A DNA stretch of 64,000 nucleotides from Chloroflexi bacterium UBA4730 (GCA_002404155.1 DHJC01000015.1:100887-164886), one strand, 5' to 3'. Positions 27,925 to 36,938 are shown, numbered from the stretch's first letter. A program made the numbers and translations. Notes: generated by a model from the letters alone, not told the origin.

Positions 27925-29199
27925 CTAGGTCCCCGCCTTCCACGAGCTCGCGTAGGTCTTTTGCGCGTCGGTCATTCTGTCGATCTTCATCCCCATCGCG
28001 TCCAGCTTCACGCGGGCGATGAGCGCGTCCTGGTCCTCAGGCACGGCGTAGACGTCCGGCTTGAGGCGCTTGCCCCTCTTGAGCAGGTACTCGATCGAGA
28101 GGACCTGATTCGCGAAGCTCATGTCCATGACCGCCGCCGGATTCGCCTCGGCCGCGACGTGATTGAGGAGGCGGCCCTCGGCGAGCAGGAAGATCTTCTT
28201 CCCGCTCTCGTGGCTGTACTCCTCGACGAAGGTGCGGACCGTGCGCTTGCCCTTCGACTGCTTCTCGAGCGCCGGGATCTCGATCTCGTCATTGAAGTGG
28301 CCGGCATTCGCGACGATCGCGCCGTCCTTCAGCGTCGGGAAGTGCTCAGCGCGTATGACGTTGATGCTTCCGGTGGTCGTGATGAAGATGTCACCACGCT
28401 TCGCGGCCTCGGCGATCGGCATGACCAGGTACCCGTCCATCGCGGCCTCGAGCCCACGCAACGGGTCGACCTCCACGATGATCACGTTCGCGCCCATCCC
28501 GCGGAACCGCGACGCGACACCGCGGCCGACCCACCCGTAGCCCGCGACCACGGCCGTCTTGCCGGCGATGAGGATGTTCGTAGCCCGCAGCAGGCCATCG
28601 ATCGCGGACTGCCCGGTCCCGTACTGGTTGTCGAACATGTGCTTCGTGCGGGCCTCGTTCACCGCGACGATCGGATACGCGAGCACGCCCTCGGCAGCCA
28701 TCGCCCGGAGACGGATGACGCCGGTCGTCGTCTCCTCCGTGCCGCCGCGGACGTTGGGTAGGAGCTCCCGGCGGGTGGTGTGGAGGAGCGTCACGACGTC
28801 CGCGCCATCGTCCATCGTGATCTCGGGCTTCGTTTCGAGGACGGCCTCGATGTGCCGGTAATACGTGTCCCGGTCCTCGCCCTTCCTCGCGAACGTCGCG
28901 ATGCCCTCGTTCTTCACGAGCGCGGCCGCGGCGTCGTCCTGCGTCGACAGCGGGTTCGACGCGCAGAGGGCGACCGACGCGCCGGCGTCGCGCAGCGTGA
29001 TCGCGAGGTTCGCGGTCTCCGTGGTCACGTGGAGGCACGCGCCGATCCGCAGGCCCTTGAACGGCTGCTCCCTCGCGATGCGCTCGCGGATCGCGGCGAG
29101 CACGGGCATCTCGCGGCCGGCCCACTCGATCCGGCGCGAGCCCGCATCCGCGAGCCTGAGGTCCGCGACGTCGGACTGGGACTTGGTGGCGACGGTCAT
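27925..29199 (-). CDS. ahcY: adenosylhomocysteinase
   Basis: 424 aa with GYGWVGRG NAD motif, HFNDEI and the typical N-terminus (VADLRLADAGSRRIEWA). The stop abuts the metK start. Confidence 0.95.
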   Translation of the reverse strand: MTVATKSQSDVADLRLADAGSRRIEWAGREMPVLAAIRERIAREQPFKGLRIGACLHVTTETANLAITLRDAGASVALCASNPLSTQDDAAAALVKNEGIATFARKGEDRDTYYRHIEAVLETKPEITMDDGADVVTLLHTTRRELLPNVRGGTEETTTGVIRLRAMAAEGVLAYPIVAVNEARTKHMFDNQYGTGQSAIDGLLRATNILIAGKTAVVAGYGWVGRGVASRFRGMGANVIIVEVDPLRGLEAAMDGYLVMPIAEAAKRGDIFITTTGSINVIRAEHFPTLKDGAIVANAGHFNDEIEIPALEKQSKGKRTVRTFVEEYSHESGKKIFLLAEGRLLNHVAAEANPAAVMDMSFANQVLSIEYLLKRGKRLKPDVYAVPEDQDALIARVKLDAMGMKIDRMTDAQKTYASSWKAGT

Positions 29200-30035
29200 G
29201 ACGTTCTCCCGAACAGATTCTTGGTGAGCCGCTCCCAGACGGCGCGACGCACCGCCGGGCCTTCGACGAATGGTGCGTGTACCGAGTAGCCGAGACGGTG
29301 ATAGACGCTGATCGCGGGCTTGTTGTCCTGGCGCACGTTGAGGACCACGTCGCGGTGCTGCTCGAGCGCGGCCTCGGTCGCGGCCGACGTCACCGACGTC
29401 GCCATGCCGCGGTTCCGATACGCGAGCCGAGTGAGCACGTTCCCGACCGCCGCGAGGCCCGCGGCCTGCGAACGCACGTGCGTGCCTGCCGCGGCGGCCA
29501 GCTGCCGCCCGGCGTAGACACCGAAGTACAGCTCACGCGCGATCCGCGCCGGCGTGAAGTACGACCGCGACGCGTTGCCATAGAGATCGATGATGGCTTC
29601 GAGCTGCTCGGGATCGAGTCGCTGCACGGTGTGGCTGACCCGGGGCTGGAAGGTAGCGGCGGTCACGACCATCCGGTTCATGACGTCCAGCCGCTCGAAG
29701 CGATAGCTGGCCTCGATTGGCAGGCGGCCGTTCGGCGGCGTCGCGAGGATCAGCCGGGGCTCGGTCATCCCGCTGCGGAAGAGCTCGGCGAGGGCCTGCG
29801 ACTCGCCCATCGCGAAGCACGGCCGGAACGGGAGCACCTCGACGAGGAGCGCCGCCGCGACGATGTCGTCCCCGCGCCGCGCGACCCACCAACGCGACTG
29901 ATCGACGTTGTCGGGATCGAGGTCGGCGAGCGCGTACGCGGCGATGTAGCGGTCGCGCTCGAAGAAGGCCCGGACGTCCGCGGCCGATGCGTGTGGGTCC
30001 AGGTCGATCTCGGGCATGAGCGGGGCCGCGGTCAT
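29196..30035 (-). CDS. GNAT-family acetyltransferase (two-domain, FR47-like C-terminus)
   Basis: C-terminal VGNVLTRLAYRNRGMATSV acetyl-CoA motif. AGGAGG upstream. ATGA overlap with ahcY. Confidence 0.65.
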   Translation of the reverse strand: MTAAPLMPEIDLDPHASAADVRAFFERDRYIAAYALADLDPDNVDQSRWWVARRGDDIVAAALLVEVLPFRPCFAMGESQALAELFRSGMTEPRLILATPPNGRLPIEASYRFERLDVMNRMVVTAATFQPRVSHTVQRLDPEQLEAIIDLYGNASRSYFTPARIARELYFGVYAGRQLAAAAGTHVRSQAAGLAAVGNVLTRLAYRNRGMATSVTSAATEAALEQHRDVVLNVRQDNKPAISVYHRLGYSVHAPFVEGPAVRRAVWERLTKNLFGRTS

Positions 30036-30101
30036 GGGCTCCTCCAGTTCTGAGGGCTACGACCTAGCGGGGCTCCGCCGGTTGTGCTGTGGAGGCTCAG
30101 T

Positions 30102-30563
30102 CTACCGCGGGCGCTGGGCCTGGACCAGCACCGCGGCGCAGCGCGCGGCGGATACCGGCACGGCGAGGAAACCGAGCACGCGCAGCGGCCGCGGCCCGAG
30201 GGCCGCGGCGAACACCGCCATCTGCGCGACGCCGGTCACGCGGTCCCAGCGCACCCCGTCGCGATCGAGCGGCCCGGTCCGGATCATCGCGATGGCGTAG
30301 CGCGCGAGCGGCGCGAGCAGCACGACGCGCGGCGCTCCGACGCGCGCCGCCGCGATCGATGCGCCGAGCGTGAGGAGCGAATCGGCTTCGAGGTCGAATC
30401 GCGCGCCCCTGGCGGTCGGGCCGGCGCGTCGGGCGAGCGGACCGTCGAGCCAATCGCTGACGACGCCCACGAGGAACACGGCGAGGCTCGGCCAGAACGG
30501 AAGGAGAAGACCGCACATCGCGCGGACGGCTGTGAGCATGTCGGCCGCGCGGCGTGAGGTCAC
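30102..30563 (-). CDS. CDP-alcohol phosphatidyltransferase family protein
   Basis: D-x2-DG-x2-AR...G-x3-D-x3-D pattern (SDWLDGPLARR...GARFDLEAD). Membrane protein. Confidence 0.7.
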   Translation of the reverse strand: MTSRRAADMLTAVRAMCGLLLPFWPSLAVFLVGVVSDWLDGPLARRAGPTARGARFDLEADSLLTLGASIAAARVGAPRVVLLAPLARYAIAMIRTGPLDRDGVRWDRVTGVAQMAVFAAALGPRPLRVLGFLAVPVSAARCAAVLVQAQRPR

Positions 30564-30580
30564 CGCGCGAGCGTAATCGG

Positions 30581-32092
30581 CTAGTGGTGCCCGCCCACGA
30601 TCGTCGCGCTTGCACTCGCTGTCGTGCCGAGGGTGCCATCGGAGCTCGTGACATCGACGGTGACGACGTCGCCCTTGTTGCCATTGCCTGGCCGCCCGAG
30701 ATCGAAGCTGTCTGACGATGCCGTGGTCACGGTCGTGCGCCGCGTCACGCCGTTCACTTTCCAGACGTACGTGAACGCCAGTGCGTCGCCATCGGCATCC
30801 GACGCCGTTGCCGTCGCGACGAGCACGGTCTGTGTCGTCGGGGAGGTCGTGTTCAAGGCGACGTTCGCGACCGGCGCGGAGTCCACGACCACGACGGCGG
30901 CCGAGGTGAGTGGCACGGTCGTCATCGAGGCATCCGACGCGGTCACGCGCACCGCGATCGAATCGCCGCGATCACCGGTCCCGGCGACCGAGAGGTCGAG
31001 CGTCGACATCGTCGCGCCCGCGATGTCCGCTCCGTTCCGCGTCCACTGATACGCGTACGTCAGCGCATCGCCATCCGCGTCGTGCGCGGTCACGGTCGCT
31101 GACAGCGTGTCATTCGTCTTGGGTTGGCCCGGCGAGACGGTGACGCTGTCGATCACCGGCGCGCTGTTGCCGAGCTCGGCGACGGAGTTCGCGCCGTTCA
31201 AGGCCACGTAGGTCTTCGGCCCGACGATGGCGAGCCCCGCCGGCTTCGACCCGACCGCGACACGGGTCACGGCTCCCGTCGCCAGATCGACGGTGGCAAG
31301 GTCGTTGCTCCCGAGATCGGTCACGTAGACCGCGGACGCCGAGGCCGGCGCGACGTGGCTCGGGAAGTCGCCGACCGTGATCGTCCGCACGACGAGGTTC
31401 GTGCTCGAGTCGATGACCGCGAGCCGCCCCGGCGCGGTATCCGTGGCCGCGAACACACGCCCGCGCGCCGGATCGGTCGCGAGCGCGAGCCGCACCGGGC
31501 CGCCGACGTCGATGGTCGCGACCACCGCGTTCGTCGTCAGATCCAGGACCGTCACACCGTGCCCGGCGAGATCGCCGAGGTAGCCAAGGTGCGTGACCGG
31601 ATCTACCGCGACCGCCCACCATGACGTTCCGGACGGCGCGAGGACCGCCGCCACCTGCTGGCGCGTCGCGGTGTCGTAGACCGTCAGCTGCGCTCCGCTC
31701 GTCGCATAGAGGCGCGCCAGGCCCGGATCGACCGCCACGCCAAGTCCACCGGGCGCGAGGGTCGCGATCGTTGAGCGCGCCACCGTATCCACGACGGACA
31801 CGGTGCCATCGTTGAAGTTCCCGACGTAGGCGCGACCGGCTGCAGCGTCGACGGCGACCTCGCCCGGTCCGCTCCCGACAGTGACCGACCCGACGACGCG
31901 AGCGGTGGCGGTGTCGATGACCGAGAGCGTCGAGCCGCCGCTATTGGCGACGTAGACGTTGCCGTTCGCGTACGCGACACCGAACGGTTGCGCGCCGACG
32001 GCGATCGTGGACGTGACCGAGAGCCCGGCGGCCGGCGTGACGTGGGCCAGCGCGAGTACCAGGACCACGGCGGCGATCAGCAGGCGTCGCAT
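30581..32092 (-). CDS. secreted YVTN-type beta-propeller repeat protein with two C-terminal Ig/cadherin-like domains
   Basis: Signal peptide, then repeated ...VYVAN/YVTD...VSVID/LTVYD units. The C-terminus has two similar DADGDAL(T/A)-containing domains. Confidence 0.75.
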   Translation of the reverse strand: MRRLLIAAVVLVLALAHVTPAAGLSVTSTIAVGAQPFGVAYANGNVYVANSGGSTLSVIDTATARVVGSVTVGSGPGEVAVDAAAGRAYVGNFNDGTVSVVDTVARSTIATLAPGGLGVAVDPGLARLYATSGAQLTVYDTATRQQVAAVLAPSGTSWWAVAVDPVTHLGYLGDLAGHGVTVLDLTTNAVVATIDVGGPVRLALATDPARGRVFAATDTAPGRLAVIDSSTNLVVRTITVGDFPSHVAPASASAVYVTDLGSNDLATVDLATGAVTRVAVGSKPAGLAIVGPKTYVALNGANSVAELGNSAPVIDSVTVSPGQPKTNDTLSATVTAHDADGDALTYAYQWTRNGADIAGATMSTLDLSVAGTGDRGDSIAVRVTASDASMTTVPLTSAAVVVVDSAPVANVALNTTSPTTQTVLVATATASDADGDALAFTYVWKVNGVTRRTTVTTASSDSFDLGRPGNGNKGDVVTVDVTSSDGTLGTTASASATIVGGHH

Positions 32093-32123
32093 CTACCGTT
32101 GAACGGGGCCGAGCATCTGTCCG

Positions 32124-32774
32124 TTACGACCAGCGCGCGACGAGCTCGCGCAGGGCGGCGCCGGCGCGCTCGAGCCGCGGCAGATGACCGAACAGGATCG
32201 TCCCGATGTCCAGCTCCGCGAGACGTCGGACCGATGCACGCGCCGAGGTGAGGTCTTCGCTCCAATAGCGATTCGGGCGATGGAGCGAGCCGCCCGCGTC
32301 GCGCCACAACGCGTCCCCACTGAAGAGCAACCCGTCGCGCGCGGCGTACAGACACACGCTGCCGGGGGTGTGCCCGGGCGTGTGCACGACATGCAGTCCG
32401 CCGAGGACCGGGAGCACCTCGCCGTCACGCAGATCCGTGGTCGGTGGCAGGCGCCGCAGCGCGAAGCGGCGCACGATCGTGCCCGCGTTGAGATGGAGCG
32501 CGCGATCGCGATCCGCCGGGTGCATGAGGATCGGCGCGCCACCCGCGCCTCCCGCGTGATCGGGATGGCCGTGGGTCACGATGAATCGCGCGATGTCCGC
32601 GGGTGAGCGGCCCAACGCCGTGATCGCCGCGTGCAGTCGGGGTAACGAGCCATGCATGCCGGCATCGATGACGGTGATCTCATCCTCGAGGATGGCGTAT
32701 GCGGTGGCGCCGATCAGCCGGACCTCGTGGACCGCCGGTCTGACGCTAGAACTCGATGAGCGTGGCGATGTCAT
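32124..32774 (-). CDS. MBL-fold metallo-hydrolase
   Basis: THGHPDHAGG motif. The start is uncertain because it overlaps the apt 3' end by 29 nt. Confidence 0.8.
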   Translation of the reverse strand: MTSPRSSSSSVRPAVHEVRLIGATAYAILEDEITVIDAGMHGSLPRLHAAITALGRSPADIARFIVTHGHPDHAGGAGGAPILMHPADRDRALHLNAGTIVRRFALRRLPPTTDLRDGEVLPVLGGLHVVHTPGHTPGSVCLYAARDGLLFSGDALWRDAGGSLHRPNRYWSEDLTSARASVRRLAELDIGTILFGHLPRLERAGAALRELVARWS

Positions 32775-33276
32775 AGCCTTGGAGCCGGTCGCGGCCGCGC
32801 AGAGCCTTGAGCTCGATGAGGAACGCGAGCGCCACGATCTCGCCGCTCAGTTGTTTCACCAGCTCGATGGTGCCGGCGACCGTGCCACCGGTCGCGAGCA
32901 GGTCATCGACGATGAGGACCCTCGCGCCCGGCTGCATCGCGTCCTTGTGCATCTCGAGCGTCGCCGAGCCGTACTCGAGGTCGTACTCGACGCTCACGAC
33001 GTCCGCCGGCAGCTTGCCGAGCTTGCGGACCGGGACGAACCCGACGCCGAGCGCGTACGCGATGGGCGCGCCGAAGATGAAGCCGCGCGACTCCATCCCC
33101 ACCACGACGTCGATGTGCTTGCCCTTGATCTTCGCGAGGAGCCCGTCGACGGCGCTCTTGAACGAGTCGCCGTCCTTGAGCATCGTCGTGATGTCCTTGA
33201 ACAGGATCCCCGGCTTGGGGAAATCCGGGATGTCACGGATGCGGGCGGCGAGCTCTTTCGGGGCGATGGCTGCCAC
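32746..33276 (-). CDS. apt: adenine phosphoribosyltransferase
   Basis: IRDIPDFPKPGILFKDIT and PRPP loop VLIVDDLLATGGT. GTG start. Confidence 0.9.
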   Translation of the reverse strand: MAAIAPKELAARIRDIPDFPKPGILFKDITTMLKDGDSFKSAVDGLLAKIKGKHIDVVVGMESRGFIFGAPIAYALGVGFVPVRKLGKLPADVVSVEYDLEYGSATLEMHKDAMQPGARVLIVDDLLATGGTVAGTIELVKQLSGEIVALAFLIELKALRGRDRLQGYDIATLIEF

Positions 33277-33295
33277 GGACGAGAGACTAGCGCTC

Positions 33296-33318
33296 TGATA
33301 GTCGGGCGGTGTGTTGAC
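33296..33318. repeat. left terminal inverted repeat of the IS
   Basis: See the IS feature. Contains a TTGACA hexamer facing the transposase gene. Confidence 0.7.
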
Positions 33319-33381
33319 ATTCGCCGTCGCAGGCGCAAGAAAGCACGGAGTTCGTGACCCACTTCAAAGGAGACGAACCCC

Positions 33382-34662
33382 GTGCTCAAAGCCGAGAGTA
33401 CCTGCGTAGTCCAGGTCGATCTCGCATCGCCCGATGGCGCTCTTGGTGGCTGGGAGCGTGCGCTCGCTGAGGCGCGCGCCAACCTCGTCCCCGTGATCGC
33501 GTCTCGCGTCCTCGCGGTCTTCGAAGAGCGACTCCTCGAACGAGCCTGTGGCGCCCGCCGCCACCCCGCCTCGGACGTCGCTCCATTCGGCTGTCCGCGG
33601 TGCGGCGCCGACTGCGGCTTCCGTCGCCGCGGCCGGCGGCCCCGCGCGGTGCTCAGCCGCGTCGGTCGGCTGCAGCTGCGCGTGGCGATGGTCGGCTGCC
33701 GCTGCGGTCACCGCTTCGCGCCGCTGCTGGGCGCGCTCGGCATCGAACCCCACGCCCGCCTCGCCCCGGGGCTCACCCGCCGAGCCCTGGAGCTGTGCAG
33801 CGAGCTGCCGTACGCGCGGGCCGCCGGCCAGCTGCGGCGCGAGGCCGGTGCGGCCCCGTCGCCGCGCAGCCTCGGCCGATTGGTCCGTCGTGCGGCCAGG
33901 CGCATCGCGCTCAACCAGCCGCGCTCGCCGCTGGGCGGGATCGAAGCGGTGCTCGTCGACGAGACCCGGGTGCGCGCCGGGCCCCGCAAGGGCGCGGACG
34001 ATCGGGGGCGCGAGCTCAAGATCGGCATTGCGCTCCGCCCGCCGGGTCTGGGGCAGCGCATCGAGCTGCTCGGCGCGAACCTCGCCGACAGCTGGGCCGC
34101 CCTTGGCCCGGCGCTTCGCGCGGCGCGCGGTGCGCGGATCGCGGTCACCGATGGCGAGTGGGGCGCCCGCGCGCTCATCGCGACGGCGCTGCCTGGGATC
34201 CCGCACCAGGTCTGCACGTTCCACGTTCGCCACTCACTCGACCACCGGCTCTGGCAGGACGGGGTGCCCTTCGCCCGCCGGCGGGCCCTGGCGAGCCGGC
34301 TCGGCGACGCGATCGAGTTCGCGCGCTCGGCGGAGAGCGCCCAGCAGGCCTTGGACGCCGCCCTCAGCCAGGCCGAGCGACAGCGCTGGCGGCACGCGGC
34401 CCGGCACTTGCGCGAGGTCGCGCCGCACCTGGCCACGTGGCTGCGCTTGGACCCCACCGGTCAGCTCGCGCACACGACCTCGCTCCTCGAGCGGACCATG
34501 CGCGAGGTCAACCGCCGCGTGGATCCGGCGGGCATGCGCTGGTCACTCGAAGGCGCGCGGGCAATGACCGCGCTCGTGCTCGCTCGACGGTTTGGGCACC
34601 CGCGCTGGGTCCGGTTGTGTCACGATCGCGGACCAGCGACGAGTCGGGTCCGGATCTCGTGA
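33382..34662 (+). CDS. transposase (ISLre2/UPF0236-like, family assignment tentative)
   Basis: 426 aa with AAGGAG 9 nt upstream of the GTG. N-terminal zinc ribbon CPRCG...CRCGH, acidic-residue contexts VLVDETRV and AVTDGEWG, and a C-terminal ERTMREVNRRVDPAGMRWSLEGARAM motif as I recall for this family. Confidence 0.7.
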   Translation: MLKAESTCVVQVDLASPDGALGGWERALAEARANLVPVIASRVLAVFEERLLERACGARRHPASDVAPFGCPRCGADCGFRRRGRRPRAVLSRVGRLQLRVAMVGCRCGHRFAPLLGALGIEPHARLAPGLTRRALELCSELPYARAAGQLRREAGAAPSPRSLGRLVRRAARRIALNQPRSPLGGIEAVLVDETRVRAGPRKGADDRGRELKIGIALRPPGLGQRIELLGANLADSWAALGPALRAARGARIAVTDGEWGARALIATALPGIPHQVCTFHVRHSLDHRLWQDGVPFARRRALASRLGDAIEFARSAESAQQALDAALSQAERQRWRHAARHLREVAPHLATWLRLDPTGQLAHTTSLLERTMREVNRRVDPAGMRWSLEGARAMTALVLARRFGHPRWVRLCHDRGPATSRVRIS

Positions 34663-34685
34663 GTCAACACATCGCCGCGCTATCA
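34663..34685. repeat. right terminal inverted repeat of the IS
   Basis: GTCAACACATCGCCGCGCTATCA. See the IS feature. Confidence 0.7.
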
Positions 34686-34690
34686 GCGCT

Positions 34691-35725
34691 CTACAGCTCG
34701 AGGGGCGGGTAGTAGCGGTCCACGCCTTCGCGCTTCAGATCGTCAAGCCACGTCGTGCCATAGATCGCCGGATGGTCGGGCCCGGCGATCGCCCATGCGT
34801 CGCGCCGGTACGTCCAGCTCGTCGGATGGAGGCGCTGCGCCTCCTTGAAGTGCTCGGTCGCGAGCTCGCGCTCACCGGAGGTGTTGAGCTGTTGGCCAAG
34901 CGCGAAGTGCGCGGCCGCCGTCGCCTCGCTCACCGGCCGTGGCCGGCTGCGGCGCACGACCTCATCGGCAGCGAGCGCGTAGCGGCTCGCCGGTCCAAGA
35001 GCCACCCAATCGCGAAGTGCCGCGACGTACCCGTCCGCGTCGACGTTCAGCGCCTTCACCGCCTCGATCCGTTCGCGTTCGACCGGCGTCGCGCCGTCCG
35101 GGACGGTCTGGTCCTTGAACGCCGGCCGCCGCGGGTACGCCGTCTCGGGCAGCCGCACGATCACGCCGCCCTCATCGATCCACACGCCGCTCGGGACGTT
35201 CACGATGCCGAGTGCCGCGAGCGTGTGCGCCTCGTCGACGAGCGATGGGTGGGCCGGCTGGGCCTTCTCGATCCACGGCCGGGCAGCGGCGCTGCCCCGC
35301 GCATCGAGCGCGACGGTCACGATCTCGAGGTTCGGGTAGAGCTCGGTCCGCAGGTCCTGCCACACGGGCAGGTCGAAGCGGCAGCCTCACCATGACGCCC
35401 ACGCGAGTAGGAAGGCCTTGCGTCCGCGCAACGCGGAGAACCGGAATGGCCGGCCCTCGAGGTCCGGCAGCTCGAGGTCCGGAAGCGTGGCGCTCTCGAG
35501 CGCCCTGCCGCCGGCCTCCGTCCCGAGGGCCCACAGTCGGGCGCGCGGCTCGACGACGAGCGGCATCCCCAGCGCGCGCGACACGGCCGCGAGATCGATC
35601 GCGTCGGACGAGCCGCTCGAGAACGGCACGCAGCGCTCCATCTGACAAAGCCCTTCGGGCTTTAGCTCCCAACCGGTCACACGATCGAGCTCGTCCGCCG
35701 ACACGCGCGCCGAGCGGAAGATCAC
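34691..35725 (-). CDS. TlpA/ResA-like thioredoxin-fold protein with in-frame TGA at the redox-active position (candidate selenoprotein; alternatively a nonsense pseudogene)
   Basis: Track ORFs 35387..35725 and 34691..35365 are in the same frame, separated only by TGA 35389-35387. The joined sequence reads ...GRKAFLLAWASW-TGA-GCRFDLPVWQDLRTELYPNLEIVTVALD, the WxxWCxxC...D pattern of TlpA/ResA redoxins. The C-terminal extension is helical-repeat-like. Confidence 0.6.
35348..35381 (-). promoter_or_regulatory. hairpin downstream of the in-frame TGA (candidate bacterial SECIS element)
   Basis: mRNA after the UGA is GGCUGCCGCUUCGA-CCUGCC-CGUGU-GGCAGG-ACCUGCGG. It has a 6-bp G/C-rich upper stem starting 15 nt after the UGA, a 5-nt loop containing G/U, and a possible 4-bp lower stem (CCGC/GCGG). 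Confidence 0.35.
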
Positions 35726-36318
35726 GCGGTCTCCACGACGTGCGAGTCCTTGAACATCTCCTGCACCACGAAGCCGCGCTCGGCGTCGTGCGTGACGATC
35801 GTGATGTTCGTGTTCGTCGCCGGCACGCGGACGAGCTTCGGCAGCACGCCCATGAAGAGGCTCACCAGGATCCGGGTGACGCCGCCGTGGCCGACGATGC
35901 AGATGGTCTTCCCCGGGCTCTCGCTCACGAGCCGCTCGATCACCCGCATGACGCGGGTGACGATCTGGTCCAGCGACTCACCACCGGGCCACTGGGTGAA
36001 GCCGTCGCCCGAGTAGCTCGGCAGCCCCCTCATCTCGTCGAACGGCTTGCCCGCCGCGTCGCCGAGGTCGATCTCCTTCAGCCCGGCGTAGGTCTCGAGC
36101 GGGACCCCGCGACCGGCGGCGATCTCTGCGGCGGTGTCCGTCGTGCGTGAGAGCGTGCTCGCGACGATGCGGTCGAAATGAATGGGCCGGAGAGCCTTCG
36201 CGACGACCGTCGCCTGCTCACGGCCTTTCGCCGTGAGCGGGCTGTCGCTCTGGCCGGCGAAGACGCCGGCCGCGTTCGCCTCGCTCTCGCCATGGCGGAT
36301 GAGGTACAGCGTGGTCAC
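35722..36318 (-). CDS. histidine phosphatase family protein (phosphoglycerate mutase-like)
   Basis: LYLIRHGESEANAAG...SPLTAKG catalytic RHG motif. Start at GTG 36318, just after the upstream stop. Confidence 0.8.
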   Translation of the reverse strand: MTTLYLIRHGESEANAAGVFAGQSDSPLTAKGREQATVVAKALRPIHFDRIVASTLSRTTDTAAEIAAGRGVPLETYAGLKEIDLGDAAGKPFDEMRGLPSYSGDGFTQWPGGESLDQIVTRVMRVIERLVSESPGKTICIVGHGGVTRILVSLFMGVLPKLVRVPATNTNITIVTHDAERGFVVQEMFKDSHVVETA

Positions 36319-36323
36319 AGCGT

Positions 36324-36938
36324 TCAGACGCCGAGCTCCGTCGCCAGATCCGTCCACGTCGCGACCCGGGTGATGTTCGGATGCGCGAGGTCGCGGTTCC
36401 AGGTGTGATCGAAGAGCCACACCCGGATCCCGGCCTCCGCGAGCGATCTCGCGATCAGCACGTCGTCCTCGCAGAACGCGTCGAGCTCGAGCTCCTTCGC
36501 GAGGCGGACTTTGTACTTCGCGGAGCTCGTCGCGTCGTAACGGCCGGGCGGCACGCCGGGATCGAAGTCGCCGTGCGGCTTGAGGTGGACCGCGCGAGCG
36601 TGCTGGATGAGGCCTTTCTCGCGGAGCCAGGTCTCCGTGACGACGCGGCGGCGCTCGGCGCGAGCGGTGATGAAGTAGATCTCGTGGCCGGCGTCGGCGA
36701 TGCGCTCGACGATCGTCGGGCAGTCCTCGTACGGCTCGAGCTTGCTGAAGAACTTTCCGTCGTAGAGCGCGATCCGGAAGCGATCCTTCTCTTCGCCGCT
36801 CACCTCTTCGATGCGCGCGAGGGTCTGCCAGCCGAGATCCTCGTCAGGCAGCTCCAGGCGGAATCGATCTGCGAAAGCGCGCAGGTAGGGCACCGCGCAC
36901 TCCGCGACGACGTCGTCGAGGTCGACGCCGATCCTCAC
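36324..36938 (-). CDS. HAD-superfamily 5'(3')-deoxyribonucleotidase-like hydrolase
   Basis: N-terminal DxD motif MRIGVDLDDVV. 204 aa. Confidence 0.65.
   Translation of the reverse strand: MRIGVDLDDVVAECAVPYLRAFADRFRLELPDEDLGWQTLARIEEVSGEEKDRFRIALYDGKFFSKLEPYEDCPTIVERIADAGHEIYFITARAERRRVVTETWLREKGLIQHARAVHLKPHGDFDPGVPPGRYDATSSAKYKVRLAKELELDAFCEDDVLIARSLAEAGIRVWLFDHTWNRDLAHPNITRVATWTDLATELGV

Larger units (their letters stand above)
33296..34685 (+). mobile_element. insertion sequence (ISLre2/UPF0236-like transposase) bounded by 23-bp imperfect inverted repeats and a 6-bp direct duplication
   Basis: IRL is TGATAGTCGGGCGGTGTGTTGAC (33296-33318). The reverse complement of IRR (34663-34685) is TGATAGCGCGGCGATGTGTTGAC, 19/23 identical. 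GCGCTC flanks both ends (33290-33295 and 34686-34691). One transposase ORF lies inside. Confidence 0.75.

Noticed and set aside
30036-30101. Possible SAM or SAH riboswitch in front of the GNAT-ahcY-metK operon
   Set aside because: The 66-nt leader shows none of the conserved cores I know for SAM-I, SAM-II or SAH elements and is too short for SAM-I. ahcY and metK have no leaders of their own.
30581-31200. Two similar C-terminal Ig/cadherin-like domains of the YVTN protein, considered as a diversity-generating retroelement target or tandem DNA repeat
   Set aside because: There is no reverse transcriptase and no template repeat in the window. The similarity is at domain level only, with no adenine-specific mismatch pattern.
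33548-34712. Two additional long plus-strand ORFs in other frames inside the IS, considered as a second transposase ORF or programmed frameshift partner
   Set aside because: Both are Arg/Ala/Pro-rich with no DDE or zinc-finger pattern and fully overlap the single convincing transposase frame. I found no slippery heptamer.
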